Notes under the pieces: model-generated
The model's database searches: none
What the model was told of the DNA's origin: nothing
Seen by the model: the letters and a program-made list of their open reading frames with translations, nothing else
Position numbers and translations under genes: made by a program
Source: a bacterium
Lineage (GTDB): Bacteria; Elusimicrobiota; Elusimicrobia; UBA1565; UBA9628
DNA length: 64,000 nucleotides
NCBI GenBank assembly: GCA_021822495.1
Contig: JAKAQO010000003.1
Coordinates: 83,227-147,226 of the forward strand
Direction of reading: 5' to 3'
Part shown: piece by piece, positions 48,330-57,898 of the stretch
Numbering within the stretch: position 1 is the first letter of the stretch
Layout of the letters: each line of letters starts with the position of its first letter

Positions 48330-48818
48330 TTGAGTCAAACAATGGATTTCACTGAAGAAACAAGCATCGGTTTTCTATTAACCGCGAAAACAATTGTTCG
48401 CGCCGAACCTTTTACCAAGAAAGAAGCTCTCATGAACGCGCTCATCTCCAGAATTTGCGAAGTCCATCAAATCACGGATTTGGAGATTCTTCAATCAAAA
48501 GTTCACGAGCGCGAACAAGGAATCAGCACGACCTTGGACACGGGCTTAAGCATTCCGCACGCCCGCGTTGACGGTCTTAATGATTTCGCCGCCGCCTTGG
48601 CTTTACTTCCCTATGGGCTTGACGAACAAAAGAAATCCTCTTCCTCCATCATTCGCCTCATGTTCATCTTCCTTTCGCCCAATAAAAAGGAATTTTATTC
48701 CCGACACCTTCAAATACTCCGAAAAGCCTCCCTCTTGTTTCAACCAGATTTCATCGACACCCTCAACCTGGCCTCGGCGGAAGAAGCGCTGCGGCTCATT
48801 CGTTCCAGAAAAATATAA
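48330..48818 (+). CDS. PTS EIIA (Ntr/fructose family) protein
   Basis: ERE..STTLDTGLSIPHAR with phospho-His; ATG 48342 is an alternative start. Confidence 0.87.
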   Translation: MSQTMDFTEETSIGFLLTAKTIVRAEPFTKKEALMNALISRICEVHQITDLEILQSKVHEREQGISTTLDTGLSIPHARVDGLNDFAAALALLPYGLDEQKKSSSSIIRLMFIFLSPNKKEFYSRHLQILRKASLLFQPDFIDTLNLASAEEALRLIRSRKI

Positions 48819-49330
48819 TGACCGTGATGAGAATCACTAAGCATGGAGAAAAAGTCCTCAAAATTGTTTCTTCTCCCATTGATTACGCCAAAATCAAACC
48901 CAATCTTCCCAAACTACTTAAAGATATGTGGAAAACCATGTATGCCGTCAACGGCGTGGGGCTGGCCGCGCCTCAAATAGGGCTCAACATCCGGCTTTGC
49001 ATCATTGACGTCAAACCCGAAGGGAAATCCCAGAAACTCGTTCTCATCAATCCTGAAATTATCGAACAGAGCGGACGCCTTGAAGAAGAAGAAGGTTGCT
49101 TGTCGGTCCCGGGGGTTTATGCCAAAGTGAAAAGGTTTTCCCACGCGAGAGTCCGCGCCCTCAATGCCGAGGGAAAATCCTTTGAAATGTCCGGAGAAGG
49201 TCTCCTGGCCCGCGCTTTCCAACACGAAGTCGATCATTTAGACGGCAAACTCTTCATTGACCATCTTGACTTCGCCAACAAACTCAAGGTTTTGTCGCTT
49301 ATCAAAGACTTGAAGAAAGATTGGAACTGA
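48818..49330 (+). CDS. def: Peptide deformylase
   Basis: GVGLAAPQIG, EGCLS, QHEVDH. Confidence 0.97.
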   Translation: MTVMRITKHGEKVLKIVSSPIDYAKIKPNLPKLLKDMWKTMYAVNGVGLAAPQIGLNIRLCIIDVKPEGKSQKLVLINPEIIEQSGRLEEEEGCLSVPGVYAKVKRFSHARVRALNAEGKSFEMSGEGLLARAFQHEVDHLDGKLFIDHLDFANKLKVLSLIKDLKKDWN

Positions 49331-49335
49331 GTCTC

Positions 49336-50292
49336 ATGCGGACTCTATTTTACGGGACCCCGGGTCTTGCCGTCCCCTATCTCAAACTCGTAGCAGAAGA
49401 ATCAAACGTCGCGGCCGTGATTACCCAACCAGACCGCCCCATGGGTCGAGGCCTCGACACAAAACCAGGCCCCATCAAGGAAGCGGCTTTAAAACTCAAT
49501 TTGCCGGTTTTTCAGCCCGAACGCCCTTCGGAAATTTCCAGGGAAATCCAAGCCTTGAACGCTGATCTCGGCATCGTCATCGCCTATGGGCGGATTCTCA
49601 AAACCGATATTTTAAAATCCACCCGGCTTGGACACCTCAACGTCCATTTTTCGCTTTTGCCTAAATACCGGGGATCCGCTCCCGTCCCCTGGGCATTGGT
49701 TCATGGAGAAAAGAAAACCGGGGTTTCCCTTTTTTGGCTGGATGAAGGGATGGACACAGGACCTCTCTTTAGCCAAAAAGAAGTAGAGATACTCCCCCAG
49801 GAAAACGCCGCGCAAGTCATGGAAAAACTCGAAATTCTAGGACTTCATCTGCTCAAGGACGCCCTTCAAAAAATTGCCCACGGACATTATCCCCAAATTC
49901 CACAAGAAGGAACGCCCAGTTACGCCCCATTATTAAAAAAGAGCGACGGGCTCATCAATTTCGAAAATTCGGCTACTCAAATTCATAACCTAGTCCGCGG
50001 GCTTATCTTATGGCCCCGCGCTTATTTTATTCTCAAAGATTCTTCCGGAGAAAAACGCATCTCCATTCTCCAAAGCGCCTTAGAGCCTTCCAGCGGCGCG
50101 CCCTTTCCGGCCCCGATCGGGACCCTCCTACGCGTTGAACAAGAGCGGGGCTTTTTGATACAATGTGGATACGGCAGTTCTGTTTGGATTTCTCGCGTCC
50201 AGCCTGAGGGAAAAAGTCCGATGGGAGCAGCCGAATTCTTAAATGGTCGACGTTTAACCATGGGGCAAAGTCTCCCTTTAAAACGTGGATAA
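49336..50292 (+). CDS. fmt: Methionyl-tRNA formyltransferase
   Basis: FYGTP, TQPDRP.GRG, NVHFSLLPKYRG, MDTG. Confidence 0.96.
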   Translation: MRTLFYGTPGLAVPYLKLVAEESNVAAVITQPDRPMGRGLDTKPGPIKEAALKLNLPVFQPERPSEISREIQALNADLGIVIAYGRILKTDILKSTRLGHLNVHFSLLPKYRGSAPVPWALVHGEKKTGVSLFWLDEGMDTGPLFSQKEVEILPQENAAQVMEKLEILGLHLLKDALQKIAHGHYPQIPQEGTPSYAPLLKKSDGLINFENSATQIHNLVRGLILWPRAYFILKDSSGEKRISILQSALEPSSGAPFPAPIGTLLRVEQERGFLIQCGYGSSVWISRVQPEGKSPMGAAEFLNGRRLTMGQSLPLKRG

Positions 50293-51259
50293 TAGAGAAA
50301 ATTTATCGTTCGTGCGTTGGTGGGAAGCCGCCATCGCTCTTATTTTTTTAGGATTTGTTTTATTTTTTATGTTTCAGTGGGCTATTGAAGGCGCGGTGCA
50401 CAGCAGAAAAACGCAGGTCGTCCCCGATCTGCGTGGAAAATCATTGTCTGCGGCGCTGGATATGCTTTCCCCCTTGCATTTAGGTCTTGAAAAAACCAGC
50501 TCCGACTTTGACGCTTCCGTTCCCATTGACTCGGTCCTAAGACAAACCCCGCCGGGCGGCACGGTCGTGCGCGAAGATAAAATCATTCGCGTCGTCATCA
50601 GCCAAGGCGGCGAAACCGTTTTCGTTCCCGGCATTACGGGTCTCCCTCTTAGAAATGCGGAAATGCTTCTCCGTGAATCCCAGCTCGCTGAAGGAGATGT
50701 AAGCCAAGCCTACTCGCTTAAGGAAGATAAGGGAATTGTTCTGTCTCAAGACCCCAAAGCCGATCTTGGGGTTGCCCGTAATTCCGCCGTCAGCTTGGTT
50801 GTTTCTGATGGTCCTCCCCCAACGGGAGTGGTTTTGATGCCCGATTTTCTCCGCAAAAACGTGACCGAAGCGCAAGCTTGGGCCGCGCAACAGAACTTGT
50901 CCATCACCATCAACCAGGATACATCTTCCCTTTTCCCCACCGGAGTTATCCTCAGCCAAACTCCCAATGCCGATACGATGCTTTCTTCCGCCACAGCGAT
51001 TGTCCTAACCGTCAGCGCCCGGCCTTCTGGACAAACCGCTTCCACTTCGCCCCAAACCAATGAGTTCCACTATGAAGTGCCGCAAGGCGCCAGCGAGAGC
51101 CTCGTCAGAATCGTCGCTATTGACAAATACGGGGAACACGAAATTTTTAACGGACTAAGGAAACCCGGAACAAAAATTGACGTTCCGCTCAACGAATCGG
51201 GCAAAGCCCAAATTCGGATATTCCTCAATGGAATACTCATCGAAGAAAAAGATTTATGA
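50285..51259 (+). CDS. Membrane-anchored triple PASTA-domain protein without kinase domain
   Basis: One TM, then three VP/MP..G.....A...V..Q.P repeats. Confidence 0.88.
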   Translation: MDNRENLSFVRWWEAAIALIFLGFVLFFMFQWAIEGAVHSRKTQVVPDLRGKSLSAALDMLSPLHLGLEKTSSDFDASVPIDSVLRQTPPGGTVVREDKIIRVVISQGGETVFVPGITGLPLRNAEMLLRESQLAEGDVSQAYSLKEDKGIVLSQDPKADLGVARNSAVSLVVSDGPPPTGVVLMPDFLRKNVTEAQAWAAQQNLSITINQDTSSLFPTGVILSQTPNADTMLSSATAIVLTVSARPSGQTASTSPQTNEFHYEVPQGASESLVRIVAIDKYGEHEIFNGLRKPGTKIDVPLNESGKAQIRIFLNGILIEEKDL

Positions 51260-51315
51260 CCGAGCCTAAGCGAAAAAATGGTTGGTTCCAGAGTCTGTAC
51301 AGAAGAAAGCCATGA
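51256..51315 (+). CDS. Putative 19-aa small ORF MTEPKRKNGWFQSLYRRKP
   Basis: ATGA overlaps at both ends (PASTA stop and rpe start). Confidence 0.3.
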   Translation: MTEPKRKNGWFQSLYRRKP

Positions 51316-51989
51316 CCATGACGAAAAAACGCGCCGTTGAAATCGTGCCGTCTCTCCTCGCTTGCGATTTGGCGCGCATGGGAGAAGCAATCGAAACGGT
51401 TAAAGCGGCCGGCATCTCCTGGGTTTCGGTGGACGTCATGGACGGGCATTTCGTCCCCAATTTAAGCTTCGGGCCCGATCATGTGCGCATGGCCAAAAAA
51501 TATGGTCTGACCGTGGATTCTCATTTAATGGTTCACGAGCCCGAATCCATCGCCCCCTGGTTTGTTAAAGCCGGCGCCGACATCATCACCTTCCATATCG
51601 AGGCGGCCAAGGACGCCCGCAAACTCGCAAGAACAATTCGCGAAGGCGGGAAAAAAGCGGGCATCGCGCTTAGACCGCAAACCCCCGCCGAGAAAGTTCT
51701 TCCGTTGCTCGAAGAAATTGATTTAGTCCTGGTCATGACCGTTGATCCGGGGTTTGGCGGAGCGCATTTCATGAAGGAAATGCTTCCCAAGATTTCGACC
51801 TTAAGAAGCGCCATTGATTCTGGAAACTTCGATTGTTGGATTCAAGCCGACGGGGGAATTAATTTGCAAACCGCGCTTCTTGCGGCCGAGGCCGGGGCGG
51901 ACAGCTTGGTCGCGGGAACGGCCATATTCGGCCAAGAAAATCCGGCCCAAGCCGCGCGAAATTTAAAGGAACAGGTAAAAAATAAATAA
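51312..51989 (+). CDS. rpe: Ribulose-phosphate 3-epimerase
   Basis: PSLL, DVMDGHFVPN, HLMV, VMTVDPGFGG, DGG. Confidence 0.96.
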   Translation: MTMTKKRAVEIVPSLLACDLARMGEAIETVKAAGISWVSVDVMDGHFVPNLSFGPDHVRMAKKYGLTVDSHLMVHEPESIAPWFVKAGADIITFHIEAAKDARKLARTIREGGKKAGIALRPQTPAEKVLPLLEEIDLVLVMTVDPGFGGAHFMKEMLPKISTLRSAIDSGNFDCWIQADGGINLQTALLAAEAGADSLVAGTAIFGQENPAQAARNLKEQVKNK

Positions 51990-52004
51990 CAGGGGGAATG
52001 TTCG

Positions 52005-52265
52005 ATGTCAGTGACCATTAGACTTAAAAGAGTTGGAAAACCCAAGCACCCGCATTTTCGCGTGGTGGCTATTGAAAAAATGAGAGGCCCGTCCGGGCGT
52101 CCTCTTGAAATTCTCGGAACCTATGATCCGAAAGAGGTAAGCGCGGCCAAGAAATTGACTCTTAATCAAGAGCGCATCAATCACTGGATTAAAAATGGAG
52201 CAAAACCCTCGGATACGGTCGCTCAATTACTCAAGGTCTCGGCGACAAAAAAGGAGAAAGCTTAA
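52005..52265 (+). CDS. rpsP: 30S ribosomal protein S16
   Basis: IRLKRVG, LGTYDP, GAKPSDTV. Confidence 0.97.
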   Translation: MSVTIRLKRVGKPKHPHFRVVAIEKMRGPSGRPLEILGTYDPKEVSAAKKLTLNQERINHWIKNGAKPSDTVAQLLKVSATKKEKA

Positions 52266-52284
52266 TCCGGAGTTTTAAATTAAA

Positions 52285-52512
52285 ATGAAAGACCTCACTC
52301 TCTATCTCATTCAAAAATTGACCTCACGTCCCGAATCCGTAATTGTTGAGGAAAAAGAAGAGAATGGGATCACAAACATTACCGTCAAGGTCGCTGACGA
52401 AGACAAGGGACGCGTAATCGGCAAGGAAGGCCGGATTATCAAGGCAATACGGGCGCTGGTTGGCGCCGCCGCCGCTAAACAAGGGAAACGAAGTCATGTC
52501 CAAATCAGCTAA
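52285..52512 (+). CDS. khpA: KH-domain RNA-binding protein KhpA
   Basis: DKGRVIGKEGRIIKAIR; located after rpsP. Confidence 0.92.
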   Translation: MKDLTLYLIQKLTSRPESVIVEEKEENGITNITVKVADEDKGRVIGKEGRIIKAIRALVGAAAAKQGKRSHVQIS

Positions 52513-53218
52513 GCCCCCTCTGAAAATAGACTTCGTGACCCTGTTTCCCGAAATGGTTCAGAGCGTTTTGGATACCAGCATCATTTCAAGGGCAAGAAAC
52601 AACAAACTCCTTGAAACCCGCTGCATCAACCCGCGCGACTTTAGCGATGATAAACACCGGAAAGTGGACGCAAGGCCCTACGGTGGCGGCCCGGGAATGA
52701 TTCTGATGGCCGAGCCGGTGCACCAGGCGATTCAAAAGGCCGTCTCCCCCAAATCCCACGTTATTTTTCTTTCACCCCAGGGACGACGCCTCAACCAAGA
52801 AATCGCGAGAGATTTGTCCCTCAAACCGCATCTCGTACTTGTTTGCGGCCATTATGAGGGCGTTGATGAACGATTGAGAAGCGATTTTGACGATGAGATT
52901 TCAATCGGCGACTACGTCCTAACGGGCGGAGAATTGCCCGCTCTCGTTTTGGCCGACTCGGTCACGAGACTCATTCCCGGCGTACTAAAAAAAGCGGACG
53001 CCATCGAACAAGAATCTTTTTCCAGCCCGCTTCTTGATTTTCCGCAGTACACCCGCCCCAAGAACTGGCGCGGGAAAAAAATTCCAGAAGTCCTCATTTC
53101 TGGGAATCATGAGCTCATTAGACAATGGCGAAACCAGGCGGCCGAAACCAGCACCCGCCTAAAAAGGCCCGATTTAATGACGCAGAGGCAAGGAGAAAAC
53201 AATGACCGTAGACCATAA
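52496..53218 (+). CDS. trmD: tRNA (guanine37-N1)-methyltransferase
   Basis: [35 protein letters not shown]. Confidence 0.97.
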   Translation: MSKSAKPPLKIDFVTLFPEMVQSVLDTSIISRARNNKLLETRCINPRDFSDDKHRKVDARPYGGGPGMILMAEPVHQAIQKAVSPKSHVIFLSPQGRRLNQEIARDLSLKPHLVLVCGHYEGVDERLRSDFDDEISIGDYVLTGGELPALVLADSVTRLIPGVLKKADAIEQESFSSPLLDFPQYTRPKNWRGKKIPEVLISGNHELIRQWRNQAAETSTRLKRPDLMTQRQGENNDRRP

Positions 53219-53681
53219 AGACCCAATAAAGAAAAACCCTGAATTTCGGGTGGGAGACTCCGTTCGAGTTTCCATTAAAGTCGTTGAAGGAGATTCCGAG
53301 CGCGTCCAAGCCTTCGAGGGAGTCGTTTTGCTCAAAAGAGGCTCCGGGATCGCGGAAAACTTCACGGTAAGGAAAATCTCTTTCGGCGTTGGAGTCGAAA
53401 GAACTTTCCCCGTTCACTCGCCTTTGATTGAAAAAATCGAAGTTGTCCGCTCCGGAAAGGTTCGCAGGTCTCGCCTTTATTACTTGAGGAACTTAAAGGG
53501 AAAAGCCGCGAGATTAGACGAAACCTCCAGCTCTTCCTCTGAAACCATGTCGGCGAAGACTCAAGCCAAATCCGCGCCCAAACCCCAAAGCGGAAAATCC
53601 TCTGCCGAAAAAGGAAATGGAATGGCGAATGCGGCGCAGGCAAAAATTCAGTCCGCTCCCGTCCTTGGAAGCGCCAAATAA
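53202..53681 (+). CDS. rplS: 50S ribosomal protein L19 with low-complexity C-terminal extension
   Basis: [32 protein letters not shown]. Confidence 0.97.
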   Translation: MTVDHKDPIKKNPEFRVGDSVRVSIKVVEGDSERVQAFEGVVLLKRGSGIAENFTVRKISFGVGVERTFPVHSPLIEKIEVVRSGKVRRSRLYYLRNLKGKAARLDETSSSSSETMSAKTQAKSAPKPQSGKSSAEKGNGMANAAQAKIQSAPVLGSAK

Positions 53682-54315
53682 AACCCCAAGAGACTTTGAT
53701 CGGGAGCTAAAGCGCGTCTTTGCTTCCGATTGTCTGATCGGGATTGATGAAGCGGGGCGCGGCCCACTGGCCGGCCCCGTTTTTATTGCCGCCGTTGTTC
53801 TTAAAGAAGACAATTTCCCGGGCTCCGAAGAAATCCGGGATTCAAAAAAAATCAACCCCCAAAAGCGAAAGCGTTTATCCTTGGAAATACGCCGTCATGC
53901 CGAAAAAATCACGGTCGCCTGGGCATACCCCACAGAAATTGACCGGATCAACATTTTAAAAGCGACCCTTTTCGCCATGAGACGCGCCGCCCAAAAAGCC
54001 TCCAAATTTAAAGCCGCTCCCGTTCTCATTGACGGGCCCTTTCCTATTCCTGATTTTAAAGGCGAGCAAAAACCCATCGTCAAGGGAGATCAAAAATCCT
54101 TGGCCATCGCCTGCGCCTCCATTATCGCCAAAGTCTACCGCGACCGTTGGATGGAAATCATCAACCGAAGGTTTCCCGGATACGGATTTTCAAGGCATAA
54201 AGGCTACGGGACCAAGGAGCATTTGGAGGCGCTCGCTTTATTGGGAGCCTCTCCCGTTCACCGAAAAACTTATAGCCCCGTCGCCCAAAGAATCAGCGCC
54301 AAACTTTCCAAGTGA
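53617..54315 (+). CDS. rnhB: Ribonuclease HII (start uncertain)
   Basis: [32 protein letters not shown]. Confidence 0.95.
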   Translation: MEWRMRRRQKFSPLPSLEAPNKTPRDFDRELKRVFASDCLIGIDEAGRGPLAGPVFIAAVVLKEDNFPGSEEIRDSKKINPQKRKRLSLEIRRHAEKITVAWAYPTEIDRINILKATLFAMRRAAQKASKFKAAPVLIDGPFPIPDFKGEQKPIVKGDQKSLAIACASIIAKVYRDRWMEIINRRFPGYGFSRHKGYGTKEHLEALALLGASPVHRKTYSPVAQRISAKLSK

Positions 54316-54650
54316 ACCGAAGAGAAAAGGGCGCTCAGTCGGAAGAAATAGCCGCCCAATATCTTAAGGAAAAAGGATACCGAATTCTCCAAAGAAATTT
54401 CCGCTGGAAAGGCGGGGAAATTGACATCATCGCCCGTCAAAGAGATTTGATTGTGTTCGTGGAAGTGCGCTCTCGCGCCTATTCTGAATTTGGCCTGGCT
54501 GCGGAAACAATTAACTTCTCAAAGAGAGAAAAAATCAAGCGCACCGCTCTTCTTTATCTTCAAAAAGACCATTTGGACTCCCCCACGCGCTTTGACGTCA
54601 TCGCTTTTGACGGGGAAAACATGACGCATATCGAAAATGCCTTTGACTAG
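54312..54650 (+). CDS. yraN: YraN family putative endonuclease
   Basis: GEIDII, FVEVR, RFDVI, HIENAF. Confidence 0.92.
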   Translation: MNRREKGAQSEEIAAQYLKEKGYRILQRNFRWKGGEIDIIARQRDLIVFVEVRSRAYSEFGLAAETINFSKREKIKRTALLYLQKDHLDSPTRFDVIAFDGENMTHIENAFD

Positions 54651-54665
54651 GATATTTGAGGTTCG

Positions 54666-55625
54666 TTAAGCCGAGAGATTACGGGGAGCGACGCGACCGC
54701 TATAATTAACTTTTTCGCCCGTCAGGCGAAAATAATTCCCAAAAACTTTTTTCACATAATCAATGGTCTCATGAAAGCGCGGAATCAACCCATAGCGAAA
54801 AGACTTTCTCCCCTCTCCGCTGTTGTAGGCGGCCACCATCAAAACCTTGTCATTATTAAACTTCTGTTTTAAAAATCTCAAGTAGCGGATCATCCCCGCG
54901 ATATTTTGCCTCGGGTCAAAGGGATTTGCAACTCCAAAGCGGCGCGCCGTGGCGGGCATGAGTTGACCAAGCCCCATCGCCCCTGTCCTTGAAACCGCAT
55001 AACGGTTGCCCCCGCTTTCCTGCTTGACCATCGCCAAGGCCAAGTTAGGATCGACGGAATATTTTCTCGCGTAGCGATCAATCAAGCCGCGAATATAACT
55101 GGGAACTTTAAGAGCATAAGATTTAGCTTGTCCCCATCTTGAGGCGAACTCATTATCTATCCAGCTTCTATGACTCAGACGCTTATTTGAAAGCATTGGC
55201 CGCTCCAAGGGAGGCGGAACATCAAAACGAGGGGTTTTAACCGCTGGCAAAATTTTATTAGAAGGAAACTTCCCGCGAGAAATGGGGAGAGATTGAGCCG
55301 CGAAAACCCCATAAACTCTTGGGAAATAGGCATGAGATTCTTCCCGATTAGACGCGCCCGAATTAAAAATGTTCTTTTTCTTTAAATTCGCGAGTTTCTC
55401 TTTCACGCAATCAAAATGGCTGTTTTTCTCCGTCTCCTGGCATTCTTTAAACCCTTCCAAATTGTCTTTTTGATTTAAGTTCTTTTTTGGGGCAGAGATG
55501 GAAGCCTTTAAAGAGGCCGAACGCGCCGCGGGAATTGCGGGGCTAGAAGGAATCACCGCTCCCAACTGCGCATGCGCCGAGGAAGCTCCCAGAGCGAGAA
55601 GAAACGTCGCTATCATTTCCTTCAT
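54666..55625 (-). CDS. Exported lytic transglycosylase (SLT domain) with long N-terminal linker
   Basis: QESGGN, GAMGLGQLMPATA, AAYNSG, ET..YV; signal peptide from ATG 55625. Confidence 0.9.
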   Translation of the reverse strand: MKEMIATFLLALGASSAHAQLGAVIPSSPAIPAARSASLKASISAPKKNLNQKDNLEGFKECQETEKNSHFDCVKEKLANLKKKNIFNSGASNREESHAYFPRVYGVFAAQSLPISRGKFPSNKILPAVKTPRFDVPPPLERPMLSNKRLSHRSWIDNEFASRWGQAKSYALKVPSYIRGLIDRYARKYSVDPNLALAMVKQESGGNRYAVSRTGAMGLGQLMPATARRFGVANPFDPRQNIAGMIRYLRFLKQKFNNDKVLMVAAYNSGEGRKSFRYGLIPRFHETIDYVKKVFGNYFRLTGEKVNYSGRVAPRNLSA

Positions 55626-55631
55626 ATCCAA

Positions 55632-55700
55632 AGGGTAAGTGAAAAGCCGCTCTCGCGCCTGGGCCTAAGGTCCCAGATAAATACTAGGCCTTTAGTCCCA
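55632..55700 (-). promoter_or_regulatory. Leaderless promoter with two palindromic boxes
   Basis: TACCCT (55632-55637) 6 nt before ATG 55625; TGGGCCTAAGGTCCCA at 55660-55675 and TAGGCCTTTAGTCCCA at 55685-55700. Confidence 0.65.
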
Positions 55701-55702
55701 CC

Positions 55703-56941
55703 TTACTGGGGATTCTGTGGAGAGTTAGGGCTTGGGTTTTGTTTTTGCCCCGCGCCTTGGCCGCGCTTGAGATATTTGTTGAGCTCATCCAAACTCATAT
55801 TCGCGGCGTTTTTGTGATGAGCGCTGCCTTGAGAGGCCTGGGGCGCGGGCGTTGGAGTCGGTTTTGAATTCTGGTATTTTCCATTGGGCTGAGGCGGCGC
55901 TTTTAGAGGTTTAGCTGTCTTGAATCCTTTTGGCCCGGGCTTTTGAACTGCGGCTCTTTGGGCCATGTCTTTAAGAGAATACGCCGGCGCAGAGGTGATT
56001 TCCTCATTAATATTTTGCCAGAAAAGCTCGTTTGCTTTCGCCCATTTTCGAGCCGCTTGAGGGTCCAAATCAAACCAAGCGTTGAAATTAAGAGGCTGAA
56101 CCGCCTTATTTTTGACATCACAATCGAAAATATCTTTCCGTCCCGCCAAGGACCAGGGATTTGGGGAAGCCGCCTCTATTCGAACATGGGAATCAGAATT
56201 GGGAATAGAAAAAGTGGTCCACTGAAAAGCTAAATTTTTACCAAGAAAGGCTTCTCCCCAATTTTTCCAGGCATCAGCATTTTGAGCGAGAGTTTTTTCT
56301 CCCAAAATAGGGCTTAGGCCTTCCGCCTTTAAAAGCATAAGCGTATCCAAAGAAAGAGCGCCCAACGCCCTGGCCTTAAGCAATGCGCCAAGAGTTTTAG
56401 GGGTTTTCCATTTTGAAGGTAAAAGAATATCCTCGATTTGAAGCGGATATTTTCGCTCCGAAGGCGCCACGGGAAAATTTTTGACGATTTGGAGCGCTTG
56501 AACGCTTAAATCCTGCGGCGCCGAGGAAGCTAAATTAAGCGCTGGAACATGAGACCCAAAATAAGAGAGAACCCTTGGGAAAAAATAGACGACAGAAGCC
56601 AGCAGAGAGGACAGCAGGAAAATTTTAAGTCCGGTTCTTCTAGACGGCGGAACCTGCCCTTGAGCGGCGGGAAGCTGGTTCTCCTTTTCTTTTTTCGCGG
56701 CCTCGGCCTCTTCAATTTCAGCCAAGCGACCCATCCGATTTTTCTCGGGAAGTTGCGCTTCTTCCCGCATTTTTTGCGGAGGCGGCTTAATCAAATAATA
56801 TTGAGCCGGCCGCCATTGATTGGAACTCTGAGCGTTTTCCGGACAAATAAGACTCTTAGCGTTAAACCCCGGAAGATTTTTAAGTTCTTCTTCCTCAAAA
56901 GGCCCTGTCGGACTTTTTCCGTCGAAGAGCCAGTATCTCAA
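55703..56941 (-). CDS. Bitopic membrane protein with N-terminal GYF_2/DUF4339-like domain
   Basis: YWL..G...GPF..EEL....SLIC....W.PA; single TM; Pro/Gln-rich tail. Confidence 0.65.
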   Translation of the reverse strand: MRYWLFDGKSPTGPFEEEELKNLPGFNAKSLICPENAQSSNQWRPAQYYLIKPPPQKMREEAQLPEKNRMGRLAEIEEAEAAKKEKENQLPAAQGQVPPSRRTGLKIFLLSSLLASVVYFFPRVLSYFGSHVPALNLASSAPQDLSVQALQIVKNFPVAPSERKYPLQIEDILLPSKWKTPKTLGALLKARALGALSLDTLMLLKAEGLSPILGEKTLAQNADAWKNWGEAFLGKNLAFQWTTFSIPNSDSHVRIEAASPNPWSLAGRKDIFDCDVKNKAVQPLNFNAWFDLDPQAARKWAKANELFWQNINEEITSAPAYSLKDMAQRAAVQKPGPKGFKTAKPLKAPPQPNGKYQNSKPTPTPAPQASQGSAHHKNAANMSLDELNKYLKRGQGAGQKQNPSPNSPQNPQ

Positions 56942-56956
56942 CGGAATTGTTTCCTT

Positions 56957-57898
56957 CTAATCCAGATTTTTGAGACAGGCCTCAACGATATGCGGAGAGG
57001 AGATGCCGTGTTTATGGTAAAGCTCTTCTCCCGTTCCTGATTCCCCGAAAGAACGTGCCCCTAGTTTTACAACCGGGACCGGCGCTCCCGCTTCCGCGAC
57101 CGCTTCACAGACCGCGCCGCCAAGGCCGCCGTTGACGTTGTGATCCTCGACGGTCACAAAGCGCGAAGTGTCGAGAGTAAATTTCTCGATGGACTCAGGC
57201 CCAAACGGAGACAAGGTCGCGACATTGACCACCCTCACTTTAAAGCCTTTTTCCAAAAGAGCTTTCGCCGCATTGACGGCCGGCCCCACCGTTCCGCCGG
57301 AAGCGAAAACAGTCGCCTGATAGTGCTTGGGTTTTGATTCCGGCTCCCAAACGACATCCGGAACTCCGAAAGCGAAGCGATACCCAGCGTCATGAACGTC
57401 CTCAAGCTTTTGGCGGGTCAGCCTTAAATAGACCGGCCCCTCATGCGCCAACGCCCAGGCCACGACTTGCTTAGTCTCAACCGCATCCGCGGGTTGCAAG
57501 ACCGCCATGTTCGGAAGAGCCCTCATCGCCGCGATATCCTCAAGGCCCATTTGAGAAGCCCCGTCATCTCCAATTCCAAGCCCCGCATGAGTTCCCACAA
57601 GCTTGACATTCGTTTTATTGTAAGCGACAGCAATGCGGATGCTTTCAAGCCGTCCGCTTAAAAAACAAGCGAAACTCGCCGCGAAGGGAACTTTGCCGCA
57701 CAGGGCCATGCCCGCGGCCGCGCCAATCATGTTGTGCTCAGCAATCCCAAAATCAAAATGGCGATCGGGAAATTTCTTCGCGAAGTCCTGCGTCATCGTG
57801 GATTTAGACAAATCCGCGTCAAGAACCACCAGCTGGGGGTTTTTCGGAGCGAACTCCGAGAGGGCTTCTCCAAATGATTCACGAGTCGCTTTAGGCAT
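56957..57898 (-). CDS. Transketolase, C-terminal subunit
   Basis: ATRESFG, DADLSKST, GIAEHNM, TVEDH; ATG 57898. Confidence 0.94.
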   Translation of the reverse strand: MPKATRESFGEALSEFAPKNPQLVVLDADLSKSTMTQDFAKKFPDRHFDFGIAEHNMIGAAAGMALCGKVPFAASFACFLSGRLESIRIAVAYNKTNVKLVGTHAGLGIGDDGASQMGLEDIAAMRALPNMAVLQPADAVETKQVVAWALAHEGPVYLRLTRQKLEDVHDAGYRFAFGVPDVVWEPESKPKHYQATVFASGGTVGPAVNAAKALLEKGFKVRVVNVATLSPFGPESIEKFTLDTSRFVTVEDHNVNGGLGGAVCEAVAEAGAPVPVVKLGARSFGESGTGEELYHKHGISSPHIVEACLKNLD

